DNA of 64,000 nt from Laetmonice hystrix (lineage: Eukaryota): contig OZ249453.1 of the NCBI GenBank assembly GCA_965235115.1, positions 13,888,001 to 13,952,000 of the forward strand. Reading direction: 5' to 3'. Of this stretch, positions 48,523-59,800 are shown in pieces. The notes beneath the pieces were generated by a model. That model worked only from the letters and a program-made list of their open reading frames with translations, searched no databases and was not told the DNA's origin. Each line of letters starts with the position of its first letter. The stretch's first letter is position 1. Both the position numbers and the translations under genes were made by a program.

Positions 48523-48773
48523 GCGAGTTATCAAAGGTGCTGGCTCATGACACCTCGGACCATCACCTCACACTGCTGCGGTCCGGGTTCGATCCCCGGC
48601 CAGGGCTGCATGTGTGAAAGGTTTGTCAGTCAGTTCCTTCCCGAAGGTCGGTGGTTTCCTCCGGGCACTCCGGTTTCCTCCACCAAGAAAAACTGACTTT
48701 CATCATCATCTTCACCGCCGTGATATGACCCTGGCTGTTGCAAGGCGTAAAACCCCAAATACCCACCCACCCA
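48523..48773 (+). mobile_element. tRNA-derived SINE with V-SINE-like core and (ACCC)n tail
   Basis: Box B GGGTTCGATCCCC (48585-48597); core GGTTTCCTCCGGGCACTCCGGTTTCCTCCACC; tail ACCCACCCACCC; the paralogous spacer at ~44340 is empty (GTAACTACCGCGCATG). Confidence 0.8.
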
Positions 48774-49448
48774 CCGCGCATGATCAGCTAACTCCACGGT
48801 TGATTTAACCCTAGTTTCTCAAATAAATGTCTGACAACGGTGTAAAGACTCGCTCACTTTCAGACTGACTCAAGCTTTTCTAAAGCAAGGAACGTTCACA
48901 TAAATGACGAAAAATATCATTTTCCATTAGGACTATTTTCAATTTGTTTAAACTTCTATCCATCCTTTGCTCCCATGGATCTGAGTATGCAGTAACTGAT
49001 CAGCCACCCTGTTTGACTTACTAATGGATGATCGCTGCATCTGTCAACAATTCTGCTCTTCTTGTTTACTCTCTACCAAATGCTTCTGTTGATTTACTTC
49101 ATAGTCCGCCCAGATGACTTGTAAATATTCTGTGCCTTGAAAGCAATTCATAAACGAGAAATGTCATTGTCAATCGTCAAATTTAGTTTTCCATGGTTGC
49201 TAGGTGACGGATATTTTTCCTTCATGTGGGGTTGACGTTCAGCCAATAAAGCCGCGTTATAGACCAACATGTACTTTGTTAACTATTTGTAGCAGCCATA
49301 TTTATTGACGGCTTTAGATTAGCCGTTGTAATGTTGATGTCTGATATTATGACTGATTCATGTTTGTATTGGTGTGCTCCGCTATGATATAAGACGAGTA
49401 AACGTTGGAGTCAGATTTTGAAGCTGAAGAAGGCCTACCAGAAGGACC

Positions 49449-51872
49449 ATGTCGTCGGTATTCCTGATTATCCTTTTGGTTCTGACCGTAACTGGTAGTG
49501 TGGTTATGACTTCACAAAGTTTGAAGACGGAACGAGACCTCCTTCTTAATCTGACGTCACAGTATACTCGATATGTACGACCAGTCAAGGATCCAACTAC
49601 AACTGTTCAGGTTCTCATGAAGGTTTCATCCAACAAGGTGATAGATGTGGTAAGGTAATACCTTTCTCAATTTCAGTATAGGCCTACTTTGGCCAATTCT
49701 GGCAGAGGAGCCCTGCTCATTTGGTAATAAATAGGTACAAGAGCACATAGATGGACCAGTGCTACCTCATTGAGCACTTAAAGCTATGGAATTATTTGTT
49801 TTCACCGAGTGAGGACTCTTGTTGTTAGAGGACTTTGCTGAGCGCACTTATGCTCTGCTCAACTAGCATTAGTATAGTGTCTTCCTTTTGTAGGCCTATG
49901 GGATGTTCTTCTGTCTAAGTGCTATATTTCCATTAATGCGGGCTTGCATTGGGACACGTTAATTAGGCATAGGCCTACATAGGTTACGCGATTCAATAAC
50001 TCGTATTTCTTTCACAACTTGCAGTCGGATGCAGAAAGCACGATGCATTGGGACGGATGGATTACACTTGTGAGCATTTCATGGTTATCTATTTTTATAA
50101 TGTGTACTCAGGAAGTCGCATACACCTCTGCATGCCCCGTTGGCAGCGCCCTTCATGTTATATCTGCTATAGAGTATTGAAATGATAGTCATGTCAAAAT
50201 GTGTATTCGTTTATATATATGACCGTCTGTTGTATGTTAAGATCTGGAAAGACGAATTTCTCGTGTGGAACCCCGATGAATTTTCCAATGTCCAGAAACT
50301 GGTAGTATCCTCAGACGTGGTGTGGACACCCCCACTTTGTCTTGCTAATGGGTAAGGAGTGTGTGTGGGTGTGGGCGTGAGCATTAGCAACAGGGTGTGG
50401 GAGGGTGTGTATGTGTAGGTGCGTACAGAACAATAAGCATGCCCATGACTGAATTTTGGATATGGAGAGTGAGTAAAGACAATCCACTCTTATTGTAATT
50501 TTAATATTTTGAAAAGCCGCCCACTGAAGAAAGACAATAATTTTATCGTACTATGTTTCCCACTGCCTACTTACATGTAGCGCGGAGGATTTCAACAGTC
50601 CGACAGCCGTCGACAGACATCTGTTTGCCTCAGTTGATTACACAGGACAAGTGGCGATGGCATGGGTTAATAGTGTTAAAACCCGATGTGACATAGATGT
50701 TCGCTCCTATCCGTTCGACATCCAGGTTTGTGAGGTACAGATCTTTGGATGTGGGTATGATAGAAAGCAGATGTATCTGAACTCCAGCATAACACAATAC
50801 CAAACGGAAGACTTAAGCGCGTGGAACATAACTAAGATGGAGAGACGGGATTGTTTTTACACAGATCCTGTCAGAAATATTATTAGCTCTTTCACTATTC
50901 TCCGGTTCACACTGAAGCGAAGCAGCACCTATTACCTGGCCAACCTGATCATTCCGTCTGGGATACTGTCCCTGTTCCTCCCGGCTCAGTTCCTCCTCCC
51001 ACCCGAGTCCGGAGAACGGGTGTCCATGGGACTCAGTCTGCTCGTGGCCAGCAATGTCTTCCTGCTCCTCACGGCTCAGAATGTACCCCGATCCACCCAA
51101 GTCCTTCCCTTCATGAGTATGTATACCGTAGTAAAGGTTTCCAAAGTGTGCTGTCTTTTCTGTCTGCACCCAAGTGACATCACTGTGTATATCCGTAACG
51201 GTGAGGGTCGTAGCCTGTAGGCTGTAGTCTTGAGACCTACCAGAATATTGCTACACTTACAAAATGAAAATATTGTTCCATGTGAGAAACTGATCTTAAA
51301 AAAAGAAAAAAACAATGAGGTCAGTTGGCGTTGACGTTAAAATTAATACCGGTATTACTTATTCCATATTTTCTATATCTCTAGCCGTGGTCCTAATTTT
51401 CTTCATGGCGGTCAACATGATATCGGTATCAATATCGATCCTCTTGTCAAGAATCAAGCTGCGACCTCCAGAATGCCGCCTCCCCCACGCTCTCAGGAAC
51501 ATCCTAAGGACCCTCGGTTACAAACGTGCCTCATCGGTCCACCCAAAATCCACCTCACCAACTCTCTCTAGGTCAGAGGTAGCAAAAGATTGCGACTCTT
51601 CAGACTCTGCACCAACTCTGCCAGATTCTCCTGGAACCTCGGCAAGGCGGCCGGTAGACAAAGGGGGAGTCCTGGTAAATGTAGTCATCCTGACGTCTGA
51701 CGTCATCCGAAAGGAGTGGGACATCCTGTGTTCTTTCCTTGATGTGTTCTTCATGATGCTGACTATCATCTTGCTCGCCGTCGTCCCTATATCACTCTAT
51801 GTTGTACTCACTGCCGATCGTTCATCGACAGTGCCATGGAAATATGAGGCACGTTGTCCGAGGTATAATTAA
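49449..51872 (+). CDS. Cys-loop ligand-gated ion channel subunit, nAChR-like non-alpha, copy 3 (~459 aa)
   Basis: Exons 49449-49649, 50025-50069, 50242-50351, 50581-51116, 51385-51872 (1380 nt); same motifs and phases; distinct C-terminal tail KYEARCPRYN. Confidence 0.93.
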
Positions 51873-52313
51873 ATTTGCATTTTTTCCGTTGCATATAAAC
51901 CTCTTCAAAACGCACCAACAGCTAAGAGGGGCTGCTGTAATATTTTTAGTTTGAAGCCACGAATGGGCCTCTCTTAGGTCCGTACACGCCTCACACAGAC
52001 AGGACAGGGCTGGCTGCAGGATATTTTCATTTTCAGACGATATACTCTGCCCTATAACAATTGCTGCTCGTAACCTCTTAGTCTTGTCATGGATGGACAG
52101 ATTACAGACAAATACAATTAGAAAAATATGTTTCAGATCTAGTTGTAGTGTTAGGTAGGCCTAATATGCCCTTACAACATCAACACATAAAACTTTACTA
52201 CGAAATTTCATGTGTGATTGAATAAAGCCGGAGTGGCCTGCACTAGGTCTACCTCTCAAAGGTCGGCTACATTCGGCAGTGGCCATTTAACAGGTGTGTC
52301 TTCAGAGGCATAG

Positions 52314-52872
52314 TGGGGTGTCCACACTGAGCATTGAGTCGGTGTTGCGTCGTGTTCTGCGTCTGTTGCGCTCGAAAAGGCCGACGCAGAACACCAACCA
52401 GTGTGGACAGGCTTGCGTTTGTGTGAGGAAGCGCACGCTCCACTCCCCAAAGCACAAGACGACACAAGTCGGATATCTCAAAATCAAATTGGTTTGATTT
52501 CTGCGTGCGGGCAACACGGCATGGATGAGCGCAGAAGAGAACGCAGAGCAGTGTGGACAGCGCTACGTTCAGGACGGGCCAGCTCAGCGCGGGAAGCTGT
52601 GACATCACAGCACACCACCCGCCACCTGGATTGCCGAGTGGCGTCGGGCGCTGCGCTTTGGTGTGGACAGCACAGGGCTCGACGCAGAGCCCGACGCAGG
52701 GTCAGGATTGTCTGCTGCGCTGAATCCAGACGCAATCTAGTGTGGACACTGTTGCGTCGAACTGGAACAACGCAGCGGCAGCTGCGTCCTTGCCATGAAG
52801 CGTGCGTTGACCGTGGGTGCGCTAAACGCAGGACCAAACGCAAGGTCCCACTCTCATAGTGTGGGCACCCCA
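52314..52872. mobile_element. MITE, probably PIF/Harbinger-like
   Basis: TGGGGTGTCCACACT versus AGTGTGGGCACCCCA (imperfect TIR), flanks TAG/TAA, internal GACGCAG/AACGCAG repeats. Confidence 0.5.
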
Positions 52873-53855
52873 TAAGTAAAGACGCTATGCGTTCTGAGTG
52901 CTACAGCTCAACACAAAACCATGCAGAGATAAAAACCCAGGATAAAATTATAGTTCCCTTTTACTATTCAGCCTTCTAACAGAAACTCACTCACTTCGAA
53001 ATAAAAAACAACTAAAACAGTAAACAGTCCACAACAAAGTTTCACTCATACTATATTGTTTTTATCAAACGACAGTTGTACCAAATGGTCTGTCCCTCGG
53101 AACCGCCATCTTTATATTTTCAGCAGTCAAGTTCTGTACATTATATACATGTGCGTCAGCACAAACCCATCCAATGGTAGATTTGGGCCTAGATAGGGGA
53201 CTAGGACCATATGTGTGCCAGTTCAATGGTACATTTGCGAATAGATAGGATTACAACTTCATACAATACTTGGACGGTCAGGGTAATATATATTATGACA
53301 GTATTGAGAACCTTTCAAATCTTAGGGGCATCTAGAGTTTGGGTTATTCCCCCATGGTAACTTCCCCATAAACCTTTTGGGTAGAGGTTTGGGTTTAGGT
53401 TAGGAATAGGGATATTTTTGGGGAGGCGTAGGGACCGGGGTTAGGGATGATGGATAAGGTTGGGGCTACGGATCTTTACTTCTGATCAAATTTCGTGGGG
53501 TTTAAGTTACCACAGGAGATATACCAGAGTTTGCTTGACTCACCAACCTCCTCGACAAGCTTGTCCTTCGTAGACGTCATGAAATTTCAAATGGTTTACA
53601 TCTCAGATTTATGTGATGCACGTAGGAAGTTCTGAAAGTTCTGCTTCTACGATGAAATACTGTACAATAGCTGTCTGGTACATGACCAATAAATAAGATC
53701 GATAAGCCAATCAATAAGATGAGCATGAGAAATCTTGTGTGGTCATCTTCCGGGACAATATCTATCAGAGACTGGGGAGAACTCTAGGGCAAGTACTCCA
53801 TCACCATTTTCAGGTAAGGCACTACAGTTCTCATTCAAAGAGTTTTAGTACGGTA

Positions 53856-56800
53856 TCACAGTCCATGTTTGCATTCACAATCTAGCTACCCCGAGTGACC
53901 ATATCTAGGGTTGAGCGTTTGGCAGGGTACACCAAACGCTCTGAGAAAACGGTTCTTCCAATTATAAAGTTATCCAGCAAGATAAGAATGTCCTATTATG
54001 CGCAGTAATATTTTTGTAGTGTGCACACAGCTTTAGTAGAAACAAAAAAAATCTCTTAATGATAGTTAGACAGTAGAAGTGAGATGTACCTGTCAAGTTT
54101 TTGGCATGGATAAACCATATATCCAAGTGGGATACAAGATCTGAGGAGAAAGACGGATGACTTGACTATAAAAGAAAGGTATCAATTACCATCACTGATA
54201 AATGAATCGTATGGTAACTGGGAATGTGACTTGATCATATCCAACTCTCGGGCCAGCTCTTCAGTATGCCTCAGGCTTGATTCCTACAAAACACCAAACA
54301 CACGAAAACCATCATTCACTTTTTAGTACAGACTTCGTGCTGGCATGTGAAAGGACATATTTTCAGAAAATTTTCTCCACGATTATAAAATAAATCGAGT
54401 AGATAGTTAATGTTTATACTACCTGGAAACCTTTGAGTTTGGACTCGGTGAACCTTGAGTATTCTTTCTCAGCTTGCAGTTGTTTTTTCATGTCCCACAT
54501 TTGTTTGACAGTTTCTTGCTGGTTAACCTCAGCATAATCTGCCAATCGACTTATAGTCTCTCCGCTTTCCTGAAATAAAAAATGGAATTAAAAGTGCAGC
54601 AAAAACATTAGATTCACAGATTGATGTCATTTTTATTCATTCGTTTTTTATCTTCTGAATGTTTCGTAATGTATTTGTTCCACCTCCATACCTTGATCAT
54701 CTGGTGGGCTTTCTCTGCAGTGTCTTGTGCTTTCCGTCGTTCACTCTCCAAGCGATGTTTTTGTTCATAGTTCTCATGAACCAATCCTGCTTGATTTTTT
54801 CTGCAGCACAAGACCAATGACGTTATAGCATTCAAATTTATTCATATTTATATCATGGAAAAAGTAGCTCCATCAAATATAAAAATCACAGAAGATAACT
54901 TTAAGCAACCGATATCCTCGAGGTATACCTTGATTTAATCAATTCTTGCTGCAGTGTATCAAACTTAGATTTGAACCATTCGTGGGCGTCCGTTAGGTTG
55001 GAGGACATTTCTAATGATTCATTGTTGGCCTCCCGCAACTTTTTCTCTGTTTGCCTCCTGAGATCCTCCAACTCAGCTTCCCGCTGCCGAGATTCCTATA
55101 AAAATACACAAGACATGCCACAATATCTGATCTAGAGAGGAGTTTCCTATCATCCTGTCTGACTGCTGGACCTGTTCCAGCAATATTTTACATTAAAAAT
55201 CCCTTAAACCTGTCCAGTGCCACCTTCCTGCAGACATCTCACATGATGCGACATAAAAAAATTAATGTAGACTAAAAAAAATGTCACTTTATGGACTGGG
55301 AACATACTTTTTACGTTAATGACATTTGATTTAAACTTTAAGCCCATTCTAACATGTGACCAATCTGGCACTAATAGTAATACTGACATGATGCTCATCT
55401 CCAGACTGATTAGACTAAAAGAGTTGTTTTTGGTCTGGATGTATGCATAACTGAACATGCTATATGAAACAGCGCTGGTAGTGTTCACGGATACTTTTGA
55501 TATTAGAAATCCTATGGTTAATTAGCTGACAAAGTAACGGAGTAAGTACCAACGTGTTATGAAAAAACGACTGCCTGGAGGGAAACTGTTAACTTACATA
55601 CGTCCACGTGCATTCATTAAGTTATTCTATGAGTATGCAGCAGGATGTGGAATATTCGATTCCAAAATAATATTCTAAGTTGTAGAAAAAGTAAAAAGTG
55701 TCCTTCTAAAAATGGACTTTGATCAGTAATGTTATCTTGTCAGAAAATAAATAAATAAATAAATAAACACAAAAACTAGTACAACATGCAACTATTCTCA
55801 CAGCGTTGTCTTTAACCTTGTATTTACGCCGTAGTTCATCATTGCGCTTTCGCTCCTTGCCCAGTTGTTCCTCCTGTTGGTGTAGGATGGTGGCAGTATC
55901 TGCCTGGTTCTGTGCCAAGTTCTTCAGCTCTCCTTGCAGGCCAGACATACGCAACATGAACTTGTTGATTGTCTTTGCCTGAATAATTCAACACAATATT
56001 CGAAAAACAATCAACAAGTTAAATTTAGGTCTTAGTTTGCCTGATCTCACAATGCTTCATGTCAAAGTTTCATCAGTCTACTTCAGTCCTACCTGCTGTT
56101 CATTCTTCTTCACATAATCGCGATTCGTCTGCTCTAAGATTTCAAGTTGGTCGTTGATTCCCTACAAATACAACAAACAGGTATCAGTGTTTAGTCGACA
56201 TTCGATAAGTCATGACAAAATAATCCTAGTGATTTAAAACGATTTTATACAAGATGATAAACTTCAACATGGATACAGCCAACTGGGAGGTTGTGATCAA
56301 ATATAAAATAGCAACCTCGTGATAGCAAACCCTACAAGCTACCATACAAATGATTGAAACCCATCCCCTTCTACTGGGCTTAATACCTCCATAGAATGTG
56401 ACAAACCTGAAGGCTGCGCAGAGACTCGTCTTGTTTCTGACGTATCCGGGTCAGATGGTCGACCTGACTGCGCTGAGTGGCGATCTTTTCCTTCTGCTCA
56501 CGACTGGCGTACTCTAACTCTGTCACCTTATGTCGCAGTTCAGTGTTGGCACGCGACATTTCCCCATTCTTTGTCACAAGATCCTCAAGCTGCTTCCGTA
56601 CCTGTGGCAAGGTTTAGGACAAACATGATGAATTTCCTAACTCTTTCCCACATCCTTCACGGCTATCCCAGAATACCGTTTTACCTTTAGATAAAGTTCT
56701 AAGTATGAAGCTGGGCTTCCGCTAGCCGTTCGCCATGTTCGCATTGGCGAAAAACAGAGCAAAATGGCGAAAGAAAATATTGCAAAAAATACCATGAAAT

Positions 56801-59800
56801 GTTCCATGTTGTATGAAAAAGTGTTTATTTCACGTATCAGTTGCATTGTCTTTTTCGGTCGGGAGTCTCGAGATGTGGCTAAAGAAATTCTGATGTGGCT
56901 ACAGGATTTGGTTACCCATTTAGCCACGGTGGCTAAAGAAGATGATTGGCAAGAGGAAGACCAGTGAAGGCACTGGTTTCCAGGTATTAGTTTAAGGAAA
57001 ATGATACCAGTTTTACACCCTGTGCTAGAATGGAGACAGAAAATGGTGATGAGAAATCAGATTATTACCTCTGCCACTTCCTTGGAGGATTTCTTTAATC
57101 CCTTTTCTCTCTCCTTCCCCAACTGTTGTTTAAGGTTAGTAATCCTCTCTTCCGACAATCTCATCTCCTGCTTGTGTTCCTCACCAGCTGCTTCCCTATA
57201 GTACAATCATTAACAATAAATCAATTTCCTACTGTCTAAGGAAATTATTATACTGTCTATTTGGTATTATACATAAAATAATAATGCTTGATTTACATGT
57301 AGATTAATTATCCTTGTGCTGAATGCAATAAGTAGTTAGCTCTCCCAAATGTAATGAACATATGGTTTAATTATCCCATAAATTAATGATGTTATACACA
57401 CCTGGCAGTCTGCAGTTGCTCCAGTAGGTAGGACTTTTTCTCCAGCTGGTCCTGAAGTGTGTCTACAGTAGCCTGCAGTTGGCCGTTACTCCTTACAACT
57501 GTTTCTAAGGAACTAGCCATTTTGGCGTTGTCAGTCTTACACTGCTGTAGGGCCATTCTCAACGGTTCAATCTGACAAACAAAAAATACCTTACCTTGAA
57601 TAAGTATCCATAATAAATCTACATTCTTTTAGACAATACTACTTAAAGTTTACTTTACATTTCCTTCCAGTGGGCCAGACATCATCCTCAGTGTAACCAT
57701 CTTCAAACGTTTTTCTTGAACTTATTAAAATTAACTTATATATGTTTGTATCAGACGTACTTCCCTCGTCTCCAGTGTTTCCATGGAAACCAGTTTGGAT
57801 TGCAGGTTGTCATATTCCTTCTGCATCTGTCTCATGGCATGTTGGGTTTCAGTTCTACAAAAGGAAGATTTGAGAAAAAAAAAATTGAAGACTCGAATAA
57901 AGATTTGAAAAAATATGCAATATTTTGATAGGAGGCCGAGCCATTAGTCTGCGGTTACCAGTACTCCTCTTAAATGTGATCTTCGTTGTATCGTGGATTG
58001 TTTATTAATTATAACGGTGACTTACCTTTCATGTGCAAGTTTGTTGATCTGGGAGTCCTTACGTCCTAGTTCTATTTGAAGCCCTTCTATCGTCACCTGG
58101 AGTGACGAGTGCGACTGCATCACGCTTTCTAACGTGCTGGCGACCTTCTTATTGTCATCACGAGCATCACCAAGGTTACGCTGCATCCCCAACAACTGTT
58201 AACATTGAACCATGAACGAATTTCTGCTTTAATGACATCTACTAACCTTTGTCCATAAAACATCAAACTGGTCAGCTGATCTATTGCAGAAGGCAGGGGC
58301 AATGACCGTCAAAATCATACACTAGGTGGCGCCTCCTGTTGCTTCAACGTAAGATACCCGAGTGGTATGTGAAAGAGATGAAATCAGGTTGAAATAAAAA
58401 TTTGTGAAAATGTTTTTGAGACCTTCCGTTTGTCACGCTCTTCAATGGCCTCGACGTGTTGCAGCAGACGCTGGTTCTCCCTGATCGCCTCGTCTCGAGC
58501 TGCGATGGCCAGCCGAAAGTCTTCCTCCTTTCTCTCGCCAGTCAGCTGTGCCTGTTTGATTTGACTATCCAAGCGCTGCATGGCCATGCGGCAACTATTT
58601 AACTCGGCCTGGCACTACACAGACAACATAGCCACGAAAACTATTTATATTTATGTACGATAACATCACTTTTTACTCATTTCCATTCTCCAAAGATTAT
58701 TGTGAAGCAGAAAATTATTTCAAAGCCTGGAGGACATTTCTCTTTTGACGAGTGACATTATGTCCTTAACCAATACTAAATTAAAATTGCAACAACAATC
58801 TGGTTTGGAGATTTTATCAGTAAGAACTAATTGCTATTATCTCCATCATAAATAATCCAGATAAAATGTTTTATTCTTAATGCATGCCAGTTGGAATGAA
58901 GAGATTTCACCTTTTTGTAATTTGTCTCCAATGTGGAGGTCATCTTACGAGACTGGGAGAGGTCAGACTTGGCTGATGCTAAATTCTCCATGTCATGTTG
59001 TAGTTCCTCTACCCTACTCTGTAAGCGTCCCTTGTCATAAGCCAGTTTGTTCTTCTGCTCCATCATTGTTGCCATAGCCTTCTCTACCTGACCAGCTGCT
59101 GCCTGTGTTTGAAAAGAAAAATCTTTTTTATTTCCATTATTATTGGTGCCAAAGTTTTATGAGATCCATAAACTTCCGACGTGTAATTTTGGGATTTTTA
59201 GGAGATGTGTTAAGTTTTGCCGGTTAAACAAGGCGGTGTCTTTATGTTACAAGAGTTTAGGCACTGCCAAGAAATACTCACTGCTTGTTCCTCCACAGCA
59301 CCGAGTCTCTCCAGTAGCCGGGCGTTCTCTTGCTCCAGTTGTTTACATGCCTGCTGGGTGGTCTCACGGTCCAGCTCTACCTGCTGGAGTTGTGACTGTA
59401 GGCGGCTTCTCTCCTCGGCCATGTCGTCCACTGCCTGGTTGACCTGGAAATACAGTCTTCTGCTATCAAAATCAACAATTTCATCCAAGATATCCCACAC
59501 ATCCTCTTGGAGGAAAGATTTACTGGTTCATCTCATTCCCGAGCACTGTGACCTCACCTCATCCAGTAGGTTGTCTTTGTCTCGAACAGTTTTTTCTTTG
59601 TCCGACTCCTTCAGACGTAGTTCCTCCCGTAGTCTCGCCACATCCTCCTTGTGTCGGACTCTGACCTCCTCCAGGTCGACATCCCGTCTCTGGAGTTTCT
59701 CCTGAAGGTCAGTGACCTTTGACTCCAGCTGAGCACTACAACCACATGGTAAGATACATTAGGTACAATCAGGGTTGAACCCAATATTTTAAACGAACCT

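Noticed and set aside
48575-48610. tRNA gene
   Set aside because: Only a box-B/T-arm-like segment; no cloverleaf; followed by a SINE core and simple-repeat tail.
52256-52873. Overlapping Arg/Ala-rich ORFs
   Set aside because: They lie inside a GC-rich MITE with TIRs; no recognisable domain.
59217-59705. Plus-strand Ser-rich 162-aa ORF and other antisense ORFs within CCDC150, PXYLP1 and the receptor genes
   Set aside because: Shadow ORFs of the real coding strand.
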